IMG/VR virus record: IMGVR_UViG_3300042564_001198
DNA length: 64,000 nt
From: an uncultured virus (IMG/VR IMGVR_UViG_3300042564_001198)
Taxonomy: Duplodnaviria > Heunggongvirae > Uroviricota > Caudoviricetes
Reading direction: 5' to 3' (one strand)
Under the pieces are notes generated by a model, which saw only the letters and a program-made list of their open reading frames with translations, did not search any database and had not been told where the DNA came from. Numbering within the stretch: position 1 is the first letter of the stretch; each line of letters starts with the position of its first letter. This document shows positions 49,430 to 59,473 of this stretch, piece by piece. The position numbers and the translations under genes are program-made.

Positions 49430-49704
49430 TATTTCTCCCGCAGTTTAGCATCCTTTCGATATGCTTCTTCTTTTGTATATTTGATTGTCAGATATTCTCG
49501 TAGTTTCAAGCATTCAATATATGTGTACACGTTCATTAATTCCCATGCACTCACTTTGAATTCAGTCATTTCAGATATTTGATAAAAGAACCAATCTTCA
49601 TCATCAAGAAGGGTGCCTTTCTTTATCGCAGCCAATACTTGATTTAAGTAGGGCTGGTCATGCTCTGAAACTTCTCTTGAAAACGAGAAATTAAACCCTT
49701 TCCC
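49429..49704 (-). CDS. Tail assembly chaperone frameshift extension (gpGT-like)
   Basis: -1 frame open from the GGGAAAG slippery site to the stop abutting the TMP start. Confidence 0.8.
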   Translation of the reverse strand, partial: GKGFNFSFSREVSEHDQPYLNQVLAAIKKGTLLDDEDWFFYQISEMTEFKVSAWELMNVYTYIECLKLREYLTIKYTKEEAYRKDAKLREK

Positions 49705-50087
49705 TTGAAAAGACTCCCGAAGTTCTGTTCAATAGCAAAGGCTACTAATTCAATCAACACTTCATATTGGCCCATGATAATATCAGCCAACTTAACTTGA
49801 ACACCATCTTTAACTAAATAAGCTAACAGACGATTGAAGATCATATCTTCTAAATTGATTTGGTCTAATTGTTGTAACAGTAAAAGTGCCATCTCACGGA
49901 ATGTTTTAGGTGCTCCATGAAACACATCATCATGTCGTGAAGCATCGAATGATTCACCCACTAACGGTAACAACACTTTAGATAATTCTACTGAGGTTTT
50001 GAAACCACTCATACCATCTAAGAGTTTAATTTGATATTGACTTCCGTCAATCTCTGTCATACGAAAATTATTTGCTGGCATTTGCAT
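49644..50087 (-). CDS. Tail assembly chaperone (gpG-like)
   Basis: Between tube and TMP genes; FAIEQNFG motif. Confidence 0.8.
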   Translation of the reverse strand: MQMPANNFRMTEIDGSQYQIKLLDGMSGFKTSVELSKVLLPLVGESFDASRHDDVFHGAPKTFREMALLLLQQLDQINLEDMIFNRLLAYLVKDGVQVKLADIIMGQYEVLIELVAFAIEQNFGSLFKGKGLISRFQEKFQSMTSPT

Positions 50088-50108
50088 TTGAAAGTTCTCC
50101 TTTGTTCA

Positions 50109-50681
50109 TTACGAGAATACTGATGTAATCTGTTTCCCAACAGACTTCACCGCTTCACCTACTTTACGGAATAGGATTTGCTCATTCGTCAATAATGAAT
50201 CATCTAGTTTAATGTTCTGGTTAGGCTGCATGTCAATACAGTACACCGACCATGTTGTAGCACCAGCCATATTCGTATAGGATTGGTCTGGATGCTTCTG
50301 AATGAATGATGATGTTGACTTCCAACTCACCATTAAGTTATAATCTGTAAACACTAATTGAGGAAGCTCAATAGGTTTTCTAGGGTCTTGCATATTACGC
50401 TGAATATCTAACAACCACTTATTGTTCTGACTCATCTGAAGTAGAGTGAATGTTACAATAGCGTCTTTGTTTGTTTGTCTCTGTAATGCCGTGTTACCAT
50501 CGATACCCTTTACTACGCCGATATTCTCAGCAGCGTAGGAAATGTTAACCATCTGGTCAGGAGCAAATTCAGTGATAGGTTGACTTCCTAATACTAAAGA
50601 AACTAACCTTGGGTTGTATACGGCAACCGACCTATCTTTGAATAGTGACCAACCACTACCGTTAAAGTTCAACACAATCAC
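50109..50681 (-). CDS. Tail tube-like paralogue
   Basis: YNPR.V.L...ITEFA...G.DG...TFTLLQ.S..N, parallel to the adjacent tube gene. Confidence 0.7.
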   Translation of the reverse strand: MIVLNFNGSGWSLFKDRSVAVYNPRLVSLVLGSQPITEFAPDQMVNISYAAENIGVVKGIDGNTALQRQTNKDAIVTFTLLQMSQNNKWLLDIQRNMQDPRKPIELPQLVFTDYNLMVSWKSTSSFIQKHPDQSYTNMAGATTWSVYCIDMQPNQNIKLDDSLLTNEQILFRKVGEAVKSVGKQITSVFS

Positions 50682-50691
50682 CTCTTAAAGT

Positions 50692-50714
50692 AAAAAGCCC
50701 CGACAAAGCGGGGC
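50692..50714 (-). terminator. Intrinsic terminator after tube gene
   Basis: GCCCCGC-TTT-GTCGGGGC + T5 on minus. Confidence 0.75.
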
Positions 50715-50723
50715 TAATCATTA

Positions 50724-51218
50724 CTAGCCTACACCAAGAAGTTCGGCTGCGGCTGCGACTTGGGACGCAATGCCGAGGGCTTGAGTGATTTCACTGTTAG
50801 AAGAAACAGGAATCATGTTAGAGACAAAGAATTGCCAGCTTTTCGCGTTCTGACCATCCGATAATGTTACCGGAGCAGCAGTTTTTAGGTGTGCGTCACG
50901 GCATTCATACAGGGTTGAACCAGATGGGTCTACAATGGTCATGTTCTCACGAACAATATCGTCAGCACGTTGCTGTGCAGCATAGATGTTTGATAAGTAT
51001 AAGTTACACTCAGCATTCTGTAACAGAGTGATTGTTACCATTGCTGTGTAGTTGGCAATCTTTGTAAGTGCCACATCGCCGGCAGCGCCCACAACCTCGT
51101 CAGTTAAGTCGGAGTTAGGGGTGATAGTAACGAATTCACCATCTGCGTAACCCGTGATCATAACCCCACCCCAAGAGATGCGCACACTTTGAGGTGAGTA
51201 AGTTTTAATATAAGCCAT
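50724..51218 (-). CDS. Tail tube protein (DUF3277-like)
   Basis: TYSP..V...ITGYADG...VGAAG...TITLLQ. Confidence 0.85.
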   Translation of the reverse strand: MAYIKTYSPQSVRISWGGVMITGYADGEFVTITPNSDLTDEVVGAAGDVALTKIANYTAMVTITLLQNAECNLYLSNIYAAQQRADDIVRENMTIVDPSGSTLYECRDAHLKTAAPVTLSDGQNAKSWQFFVSNMIPVSSNSEITQALGIASQVAAAAELLGVG

Positions 51219-51230
51219 TGTTTACTCCAA

Positions 51231-52577
51231 TTAAGCGTTAAAAGAAATTGCCAGTGTACCGGTGATGTCAATCAATTCGATTGAACCAGACAACTCAGCT
51301 TTGAAGTAACCTTCGTCCAACAGACCTAAACCTTTCTTCGCAGCGGATACGTCACGCTCATCAGGTAAAGTGATTAAGTAGTTGTCATTGATGAAGCTAC
51401 GGCGAACAAACAGATCCAGAGTTTTAGCAATGGTAGAACGAACAGCGTTGATACCGTTGTTGTTGTATGGCAGCTTACCGCCTTTCTGAGACAGTAACAG
51501 AGCAGTCAGGTTAGCTTTCATTTCATTCTCTAAAGCATCACGACCACGGATGTTGTCAATGCGCTCACCACCAGCAACCAGACCACCACGAGTAGCATTC
51601 TGACCACCTTCTAAACGAATGAATGTAGCATTACGAGCAGACAAATTATTCTGTTGTGTTTGTGTCAGGACATTACCGTCTACATTCTGAGAAGCAGCCA
51701 GAGCAACTACGTTGTTAGTCCAAATTACTGAACCAGCATCAAACGGAGCATTGTGACCTACGTAGTTTAATTCCACGAAGTCTTCATCAGCACGTTGATG
51801 ATACAAACCGAATGTACGGAAGTAACCAGCATCTGACAGCTTACCTAAGATGTCACCTGATACAGCAGCACCTTTAACGTAAGTACCGTAGTTAGTAGCA
51901 CCTTCAACAGCAACAGCATACAGTTTACTACGGGCTTCTACATCAGCAGCCATAGCTAATACCCATGCTTCTGAATGGTCTTCTGATGCAATGAAGTAGC
52001 AATCTGAGTCAGCGTCTAATACACGTTGCAGAGCTTGTGGAGCAGTAGCTGTAGAGGTATAAGAATCTGTTACGTTCAGTAGAGCAGTTACAGCAAACTT
52101 GTTAGTACCTGTAGGAGCGATTGTAACAACGCCAGTAGCTGCTGTAGCGGCAACTAATGCACCTACAGTAGATGCTTCAACAGCAGCAGCAATAGCTGTA
52201 GCGATTGTAGTAGTTGTATCTGAACCAGTAGCTGTAACAGAGATATTAGCCGATACAGCACCTGAAGCGATTGTGAAGCTATAAATCTTACCAGTAGCAA
52301 CAGCGGAAGGAGTCAGCTTTAAATCAGCTTCAATCTGACCAACTTTAAACGCTTTACCAACTGGGGTGTTAGCGAAGAATTGAGTAGCAGCTTTGTATAC
52401 ACTGTGAGTAGTAGGGAATACTTGACCAACAGATAAAAGATTAGAATAAGCGGTAACTACTTCCTGAGTGAAGCGGTGTTTCGCTAAGAATACCGGAGTA
52501 CCATAACCCTGACGGCTAACAGTAACACCTTGTAAAGAGATGGTGACATTTGCAATGTCGGTAATAGCACCAGCCAT
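51231..52577 (-). CDS. Tail sheath protein (DUF3383-like)
   Basis: I.DIANVTI...G..IDNIRG.D.L...KLPY...GI. Confidence 0.9.
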   Translation of the reverse strand: MAGAITDIANVTISLQGVTVSRQGYGTPVFLAKHRFTQEVVTAYSNLLSVGQVFPTTHSVYKAATQFFANTPVGKAFKVGQIEADLKLTPSAVATGKIYSFTIASGAVSANISVTATGSDTTTTIATAIAAAVEASTVGALVAATAATGVVTIAPTGTNKFAVTALLNVTDSYTSTATAPQALQRVLDADSDCYFIASEDHSEAWVLAMAADVEARSKLYAVAVEGATNYGTYVKGAAVSGDILGKLSDAGYFRTFGLYHQRADEDFVELNYVGHNAPFDAGSVIWTNNVVALAASQNVDGNVLTQTQQNNLSARNATFIRLEGGQNATRGGLVAGGERIDNIRGRDALENEMKANLTALLLSQKGGKLPYNNNGINAVRSTIAKTLDLFVRRSFINDNYLITLPDERDVSAAKKGLGLLDEGYFKAELSGSIELIDITGTLAISFNA

Positions 52578-52579
52578 TA

Positions 52580-53221
52580 TTAAACCTCGTTAGTGTTTAT
52601 GTTTATTAAAATAGGATCAGGGTCAATGAAATGATCATGTAGTTCCCCGTTGAGAATGATTTGTACGATATTACCTTCAGAATCAATTTCAAGAACATCT
52701 CTGAATGTAATGTCAATAACTATTGTGGATAAATCAACCCACTCTGTTTGACGCTGTATCATCCCTCGCTTAACATCATTAGAAATCTTAAACAATCTTC
52801 CTCCTGTGAGGTCAGATACTTTGTTTCTGAAGAATGATGTTGTAAGGGCTTTATGAAGACTTAACGCTATACTGTGAACATCGTCTGTCTGTCTTCCGAC
52901 AAAATCTATTACGAACTTGACAATGTAATCAGTCTCGTATAATCTGTTACCATTATCTGCATACTTCTCATTGACTAGCTCAGCACCACCCCAGAAGGAA
53001 GCATTGAGGAAATCAACTAAGCAGTAAGGGTAAGGTAAATCAACGGCTGGTTGATTTGTAGATGCTCTGTCTGTAGAACGTTTCTTTATTACTGCTGGAA
53101 CTAATTGTCCAACATTAGAAGATGATTTGATTTGAGCTAATCGTGTACCAACAACTTGTTTTACTAAGTTGATAATACCATTTTGTTGTGTGTTGATATT
53201 AAGACTGTTTGTATAACTCAT
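52580..53221 (-). CDS. Tail completion / terminator protein
   Basis: Position before sheath; PYPY motif. Confidence 0.65.
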   Translation of the reverse strand: MSYTNSLNINTQQNGIINLVKQVVGTRLAQIKSSSNVGQLVPAVIKKRSTDRASTNQPAVDLPYPYCLVDFLNASFWGGAELVNEKYADNGNRLYETDYIVKFVIDFVGRQTDDVHSIALSLHKALTTSFFRNKVSDLTGGRLFKISNDVKRGMIQRQTEWVDLSTIVIDITFRDVLEIDSEGNIVQIILNGELHDHFIDPDPILININTNEV

Positions 53222-53583
53222 AGCTTAGTCTTCCTTACCAACAAGAATTCTCTGTGTCGAATACGTGGAAGTTGCACTGACCAATTACGCTCTTGAATTA
53301 CTTTGTATCGCCAACCGTCTAGCTCTACTTCATCACCAGTAACACCAGTCTTTTCGTTATCCGGTTTTAGCTCTGATTTAGTGAAGAATACTAATACATC
53401 TTCAATCTTAACACCTTCAGGTAATACTTTAGCTACTTCACCTTTCTGTACGTTAGGTACTGGTTGCCAATTACCGGTAACGGTGAATGTTTGTTTCTGT
53501 GTCACTACAACGTTACCATTGTCATCAAGAGCTTGTTCACCATAACGTGTAACTTTAACAGAGCTTGTATTAAGTAGTCTCAT
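53218..53583 (-). CDS. Head closure / head-tail joining protein
   Basis: G.WQP...LPEG...D...GWRYKV. Confidence 0.7.
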   Translation of the reverse strand: MRLLNTSSVKVTRYGEQALDDNGNVVVTQKQTFTVTGNWQPVPNVQKGEVAKVLPEGVKIEDVLVFFTKSELKPDNEKTGVTGDEVELDGWRYKVIQERNWSVQLPRIRHREFLLVRKTKL

Positions 53584-54068
53584 AGTGTATGCACCGTCCC
53601 TCTCCAACTAACTTTCCAAGCGAAGTTATCAGCTAACTCAGATGTATCAATCAATGGTGTTTCATTAGTAGTTACCCAGAGGACATCTGGATTACCGAAG
53701 ATTTCATTAGCGGAATGAACAGCCCACATACCGAACTTGTCAGCTAGGTGGTCATTAGTGAAATTAGGATTCTTCACATAATCACACAACCAACCTTTTA
53801 ATAATTTCTTGAAGCTTCCTGCTTCCATTTGACCTACAATTGTATCTGAGTAGTTATATGATTTCTCAGAGCCGAGTACAGGTCTGACATACACACCAAC
53901 ACCATGTTCGTGTATACGCATCAATTCTGTGTAATGTAATTTAGATGAAGTGTGTATTCCCTGTGACTGGAAATAACCTACTTCAATCTTCTGTCTGTTC
54001 AGTTTCTGGAGTTTTGCTACCAGCTTTGCGAGGTTTCCGTTTCTCTTGAACGTTACTTTGCTCGTCAT
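53580..54068 (-). CDS. Neck / tail component protein
   Basis: IEVGYF...IHEHG...RP...PLIDT..L. Confidence 0.7.
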   Translation of the reverse strand: MTSKVTFKRNGNLAKLVAKLQKLNRQKIEVGYFQSQGIHTSSKLHYTELMRIHEHGVGVYVRPVLGSEKSYNYSDTIVGQMEAGSFKKLLKGWLCDYVKNPNFTNDHLADKFGMWAVHSANEIFGNPDVLWVTTNETPLIDTSELADNFAWKVSWRGTVHTL

Positions 54069-54125
54069 CGGTACTCCATTCTTTAACTTCACCAGTAGTG
54101 TTATCCACCACTTTAATAATAGCCA

Positions 54126-54551
54126 TTACTTAATCTCCACCAGACCTCTGCGAGATTGCATAATGTCTGTCCAATCTTGTTGGTCATAGCCTGTGAATAC
54201 ATCTTGGTCTTCAATGACACGATTACGCTCACTGAGAGACACGCCACCGATATAAATACCAGCACTGTATCGTGATGTATTAGCTTTAACGAAGTCGTCT
54301 AGTAATTGCTTGTAGCGCTCATACAGACGTTTGTATTCGATTTCCACTTCACCAACTTTCTCTCTGTCAGCAAGTGTACTAAAATGTGCCTTGATTGCTT
54401 CCATACAAAGAATGGATGCTTTAACCACATCATTATTGTATTTAACCAAAGCAGAAGAAATTGCATTGTCGGTGATATGTTCACCTGAAGGGTCGCCTAT
54501 GTTAACCCTGACTTGAGCTAACTCACAGTTAAAGTCTAAATCAATTGCCAT
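54126..54551 (-). CDS. Head-tail adaptor
   Basis: VRVNIGD...ITD..I...REKVGEVE. Confidence 0.75.
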   Translation of the reverse strand: MAIDLDFNCELAQVRVNIGDPSGEHITDNAISSALVKYNNDVVKASILCMEAIKAHFSTLADREKVGEVEIEYKRLYERYKQLLDDFVKANTSRYSAGIYIGGVSLSERNRVIEDQDVFTGYDQQDWTDIMQSRRGLVEIK

Positions 54552-54568
54552 CTAATATTGTTCCTGTG

Positions 54569-54595
54569 AGAAAGAAGGGAGGGACAAGCCCTCCC
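54569..54595 (-). terminator. Intrinsic terminator after major capsid gene
   Basis: GGGAGGG-CTTGT-CCCTCCC-TTCTTTCT on minus. Confidence 0.75.
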
Positions 54596-54602
54596 GCCCC
54601 AA

Positions 54603-55679
54603 TTAAGACTTGGTAGCCTTGATGATTGTCAATGGAGACAACAGGTAATCACCAAAGTTACTTTCGTACATGATGTGAGTACCAGTGTGTTCATTGTCTG
54701 AACGCCATGCGTATTCTGGCAGAGCTACAGTGTTAACGTAAGACATAGTTTCCGCTGGAGCATAGCGACGAGCAAACATACCTTCAACACCGGCTGGCAT
54801 GATGTATGCTTCGTTAGTGTTAATCAGGTCAACACCACCAATCTTAGCATCGTACTGGATGTAAACGATGTCATCAGCGCCAACGTACATGCGATACTGT
54901 TTAGAGAAGTTAGCCAGACGTTTCAGCAGTGGGTCTTGACCCCACATGTCGGTACGGTCCACACGAGCTTGTTCTTCTTTCGGGTGATGGATACGATCTT
55001 TGAAGAAGTTACGACCACACAGGGCAACATAACCGGAAACGGTTTGACCATCTAACAGGTTTTCGTTGATTAATGCACGAGCATCTTCACCAACTTCTGC
55101 TGGATATTTAGTAGCGTCAGACAGTTGGAAGTTAACTGTTGGGCGAGCAGCAGCAGAAGTACCTGCGTATTCAGTATAGAAGTCAGTTACTGGAGCTGAA
55201 CCGTTAGGGACGTATGAAGTACCAGTGGTGATCAGGTGAGCTAAACACTTCTCTTGTAACAGGGCGAATGAACGGCGAATGTCACGAATGTCATTTGCTA
55301 CCAGACGATCCATTGAGTCCAGAGTGTCTTTAGTACCCGGCACTCGGCTACGCAGAGCGTCTTGTGGACGAATGTGTGTTTGAATACCGAATGAAGGGAT
55401 TTTGAATAAGTGAGTTTTTGAACTCTCACGAGCATCAAAGTTATCACCACGGTCAGAGTAAGACTTGTCACTTGGTAAAGCAACACGCATTACTTTGTCG
55501 TCATGTTCCCAAGTAGAGGTATTCATATACTCTACATCCAGAGGGATTAACTCAGTCAGCAGAGAAGGGATGTTAGGGCTGTTCTCTAACAGAGTGCTTG
55601 AGAAGTCATGCAGACTGTTCAAGTTACCCAGATCACGAGTTACAGATTTTTGAATTTGGAAACGACCGAATTGAGCCAT
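54603..55679 (-). CDS. Major capsid protein (lambda gpE-like)
   Basis: 358 aa, FKIPSF, ALCG..FF...HP, YAPAET...VNT, ESN. Confidence 0.9.
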   Translation of the reverse strand: MAQFGRFQIQKSVTRDLGNLNSLHDFSSTLLENSPNIPSLLTELIPLDVEYMNTSTWEHDDKVMRVALPSDKSYSDRGDNFDARESSKTHLFKIPSFGIQTHIRPQDALRSRVPGTKDTLDSMDRLVANDIRDIRRSFALLQEKCLAHLITTGTSYVPNGSAPVTDFYTEYAGTSAAARPTVNFQLSDATKYPAEVGEDARALINENLLDGQTVSGYVALCGRNFFKDRIHHPKEEQARVDRTDMWGQDPLLKRLANFSKQYRMYVGADDIVYIQYDAKIGGVDLINTNEAYIMPAGVEGMFARRYAPAETMSYVNTVALPEYAWRSDNEHTGTHIMYESNFGDYLLSPLTIIKATKS

Positions 55680-55714
55680 TATTTAGAATCCTTATTGAGA
55701 AATAATAACGGCTA

Positions 55715-56209
55715 TTAGACGCCGTAGAAAGTAGAAGTAACAGCGCCCAGTACAGACTTGACAGCGATGTTTTGTTTTTCGAGTTGTGCAATCAGAGAGT
55801 TCTGTTTAGCTGCGTTTAAGCCAGCATCAAAACGTAAGCCTGATTTCTTAACAGAAGCAGCACCACGGAACAGCAGAACCACTTTGTCACCAGCAGTAGT
55901 AACAGATACGTCACCACGAACATCACCCAGAGCATCGAAGCCAACTACGACACCAAATTTAGCGCCGTTAGCTACAGCACCATCGTTCGCTGGAACGTTG
56001 ACTGCATCACCAGTGAAATCACCAGCAACAGGTTGACGGTAAGCTACCAGAGTGTTGTCCCAAATAACAACTTGACCTACACGGTAGGTTTTGGTAGAAG
56101 CTTCATCAACGTTTACGTTATGTTGGTAGTTGAAGTTTTCAACCAATGGGAAGATGTCCTGCATCAGAACATCTGACAGAACTGGACTAGAAGTTGCAAT
56201 AACAGCCAT
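55715..56209 (-). CDS. Head decoration protein
   Basis: Position upstream of MCP, LFRGAA.V. Confidence 0.75.
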   Translation of the reverse strand: MAVIATSSPVLSDVLMQDIFPLVENFNYQHNVNVDEASTKTYRVGQVVIWDNTLVAYRQPVAGDFTGDAVNVPANDGAVANGAKFGVVVGFDALGDVRGDVSVTTAGDKVVLLFRGAASVKKSGLRFDAGLNAAKQNSLIAQLEKQNIAVKSVLGAVTSTFYGV

Positions 56210-56228
56210 TATTGTTTATCCTTTATAA

Positions 56229-57167
56229 TTAGTAAGGTTTGTTTAATTCTGCTGCGAATGCAGCTTTCTTAACTTGTTCTGGAGACACTTCATCACCAGA
56301 TGTGGTTTCTTCGAACAGGTCAGATTTTTCTACCAGTTCTTTTTTAGCTTGCAGAGATTTAATCACTACTTCAGCCGCTTCTGGGCTGGTGGCTTTCATT
56401 ACGAATAATGATTTAGCAACAGTAGTTAATTCTTCAGCAGATACTAAGTCTTTCAGAGTTTCTTGGAATGCTTCAAATTCAGCAGCTTCTTTTTCTTCTT
56501 TAGCTTTCTGTACTTGATTACGCAGTTCAACTACTTCCACTTCCAGAGCAGATTTCTCAACTTTGAGTTGAGTAGCTTCTGCTACGGCAGCTTCGTGAGC
56601 TTGCTCGACTTGTTCTAATTGCTCGTAGCGAGCTTTTTCTACTTGGATTTTCAAGGGGTCTTCCTCGTTTTGTTGTTGTAAAGATTTCTCGATTTGAGAC
56701 TGGATAGTAGTGATAGCAATAAAGTCTTCATCACTAATTGTTTGGTTTGGGTTTTCGCTGAGAGACTTCATAATAGTGAACTGAGCTACACGCTCTGTAA
56801 TCCACTTCTCATGTTCTTTCTCCCAATCGTATTCACCATCAGAAGATTCACGTTCAGCTTTGTTTGCTTCAAACTCTGTTTCAAAACCTAACAGCTTTGT
56901 AAGGGTTTCCGCGTCAGAACTCCACATATCAAAGAACTTACGTAAGAATTCTTCCATTGACATTGTTACAGTAATCTGTTCTAATGCTTTCTGTACTTTC
57001 ACTACGTCAGTTGGTTGGATACCAACATTGGTCCCTTTTGTACAAATTAGTTTGTACCCATTCGCGGCATTTCCTTGGTCTTTAGACACAAGGGCTACAT
57101 GAGCACCATGTGTATCGAAGTCAAAGTTGAAAAGCTTACGCTTTGCTTTCTGTTTGCTAATTGTCAT
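56229..57167 (-). CDS. Capsid scaffold-like protein
   Basis: HVALV...AANG, EEFLRKFF.MW..DA..L, acidic coiled coil. Confidence 0.7.
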   Translation of the reverse strand: MTISKQKAKRKLFNFDFDTHGAHVALVSKDQGNAANGYKLICTKGTNVGIQPTDVVKVQKALEQITVTMSMEEFLRKFFDMWSSDAETLTKLLGFETEFEANKAERESSDGEYDWEKEHEKWITERVAQFTIMKSLSENPNQTISDEDFIAITTIQSQIEKSLQQQNEEDPLKIQVEKARYEQLEQVEQAHEAAVAEATQLKVEKSALEVEVVELRNQVQKAKEEKEAAEFEAFQETLKDLVSAEELTTVAKSLFVMKATSPEAAEVVIKSLQAKKELVEKSDLFEETTSGDEVSPEQVKKAAFAAELNKPY

Positions 57168-57691
57168 TTAATTTCCTGCCCGTAAGCTTCACAATAAACG
57201 CTCAAGCCTGTGAACGTACCATCCTTCACTTTAGGCCAAATTACATCTTCAGCTAATTCATCTGGTTCAGGGAAGTACCATTCTTGCAACCAAGTGTTCT
57301 TGCGAATAGTCACTTGCTCACCTTCTGGATTCTCGATAATAAATTCAACTGGAGAAGTATAAGACTGCTCGATAATGGCTAAGTCAGAATCAAGCATTAC
57401 GCTGTGCATCAGATTAGCTTTCATGCAGTGAACGTTGAATGAGCGACAAGCTTCGATAACGTCTTGGTCAAAGTAAACATCACCATGTAAGTCTTCTGTT
57501 TCTGCCTCAGACTCTTGTGGAGCTAATACAACGAACAATGCTCGACGTTCTTCAACGTCCACAGACTTACGTACCTGAACACCTTCTGGTGTAGTGACAT
57601 CGCTCTCAATAACTTGCTTATGGTTTTCACTATCACCGATAGCCATGTCCAACAAGTCAGTAAACATTTTGATTAGTTTTTCTTTGTTCAT
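57164..57691 (-). CDS. Prohead serine protease (XkdF-like)
   Basis: DLHGD, NLMH, TW, VKDGTFTGLSV. Confidence 0.85.
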   Translation of the reverse strand: MNKEKLIKMFTDLLDMAIGDSENHKQVIESDVTTPEGVQVRKSVDVEERRALFVVLAPQESEAETEDLHGDVYFDQDVIEACRSFNVHCMKANLMHSVMLDSDLAIIEQSYTSPVEFIIENPEGEQVTIRKNTWLQEWYFPEPDELAEDVIWPKVKDGTFTGLSVYCEAYGQEIK

Positions 57692-58440
57692 GCAGAATTT
57701 GCCATATTTCTTGTAGAGTTAGGATTCTTCAACTGACTTGTACCTGTACCACTAGAACCACCACTCTCACCAACACGGGCTGTGTCAGGGGTGAGCTTAG
57801 CTAACAGTTCTTCTTCAGTGAGCTTCTCGATCTCTGTTGTATCGAACCCAGTCATCTTGTGTGCTTGAATAATGATTGACTTATCTTTAACCATCATACC
57901 AACACCAGCCATCAACTGAACCACTTTAGCATTGTTCTCTGGGTCAGCTTCATCCAGCTCACCAAACGTCATCACTGGCATATCATCTTCTTCAAGTTTC
58001 AGTTCATTAATGTCTGCAAGAGACTTAACAAACTCACGCTCAAATACTGTTTTAATATACATCAGCATACGTTCCATGTAGAAAGCATGGACACTGCGAG
58101 AACTATCTGATAGACTGTGTGAACCTGTATCACCTTGACCAACCAGAAGGAAGGAAGCACCTAATACGTTAAGAATATCTTTCTTACGAGCTTCGATTAG
58201 TTCAGAGGTTTTATAGGCTTTACTGCCACCATCGACACCCTTCAGTTCAACATCGTAAACGTATTTACCGTTACCTGTTTCACCATGTGTATCTGATCCT
58301 AAGAGGATATATGTTTGATCGCCAGCATGAATAGCAGCAGCATTCTTTTGTAATGCTCTGAGTGTTTTTGCTTCTAAGCTCTGATCATCTTCAGCAGCTT
58401 TATTGATGTGGTCATTCGGGACACGTAATACAAGGACACC
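57688..58440 (-). CDS. Portal protein, exon 2
   Basis: GVLVLRVP...ILNVLGASFLLVG...GSHSLS. Confidence 0.9.
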   Translation of the reverse strand, partial: GVLVLRVPNDHINKAAEDDQSLEAKTLRALQKNAAAIHAGDQTYILLGSDTHGETGNGKYVYDVELKGVDGGSKAYKTSELIEARKKDILNVLGASFLLVGQGDTGSHSLSDSSRSVHAFYMERMLMYIKTVFEREFVKSLADINELKLEEDDMPVMTFGELDEADPENNAKVVQLMAGVGMMVKDKSIIIQAHKMTGFDTTEIEKLTEEELLAKLTPDTARVGESGGSSGTGTSQLKNPNSTRNMANSA

Positions 58441-58696
58441 CATTTGTTCAAAGTGAGTCGTTAATTCACTCCAGCGACATTATTCGCTTCTCTATGTTTC
58501 CATAAAGTTCAGACTATATCTTCATCCTATAAGGATGCTTCCCATTTCGAGCTACTTAGCCCTACGGCTTACGCCTAGTCGTTACACGTTCTCATTACTG
58601 AGCTTCGCTCGGTATTGTCTCCAACATTACTTGGTAAGAGTTTCACCGAATTAGAAAAGTTATTCAATGTGCATTACTACACAAGGGGGCAGTTCT
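58441..58696 (-). ncRNA. Group I intron (256 nt, ORF-less) in portal gene
   Basis: P1 GGGU/GCCC; P AAUUCGGUGAA, Q CAAUACCGAGC, R AACGACUA, S AAGAUAUAGUCU; terminal G; splicing restores SKDLG|GVLVLR, 505 aa. Confidence 0.93.
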
Positions 58697-59461
58697 ACCC
58701 AAGTCCTTGCTCACCCCAACAACCTCATAGCTTGTAATCATTTCAAGCTCTTTCCAAGATTTAAAGCAGTCGTATAGATCTGATTTACCTTGAGGGTTGT
58801 TACCTGTACTGTTCCAACTAAACAACATAAACTTTTCTCTACGAACAAATTTATCTGTTAAGTTTTGTACAGTGAAAGGGTTGATATTACTTTGTCCAAT
58901 AACTGTAGCTGGCATCCATTGATGTAAACCAACTAAGTCTCGCTTCAATACAGCATCATCAAACACCCACTCACGAACACTCTTTTGAGCGCGAGGAGCA
59001 AGCTTTGCGTATTTGTATTTATATTTACCAGACCACTTAATACTATCATTCTTTGCAAAGACTTTCTCAAGCCAAGCGAATCCATATTTACGGAATGTGA
59101 TAATATTTGTGATGGCATCGTACCAACTGTTACCGACGAAGTTCTTGATGTTCCAGTTGAGGAAGGCAGCAAAATCTTTTGACTCTTGACTTCCTGATAC
59201 ACCTGCGATAAACTTTGTAGCAAGTAGGGACTTCGTAAGGAATACTTCACCAGCGGTTAAGCCTTGGCTAACAGCAGAGGTAGAAGCCATCTTATCGTAT
59301 GTGGTGAGGCTATGAGGAAACTGCAATTCTTTCTTAGCAGATTCTTCAATGTAGCCCCCGATGGCTTTTAGATATGGATTGCCGATCTCCCCTAAGCGAA
59401 GACGACTGTCTGAGCTAGAGGGATTAGATTCAGCTTTCTCAATTTGAATTGTTTCTGACAT
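58697..59461 (-). CDS. Portal protein, exon 1
   Basis: LGEIG, YGFAWLEKV, KLAPR.Q, NPQG.S.L. Confidence 0.9.
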
Positions 59462-59473
59462 TATCCCCTCAGA

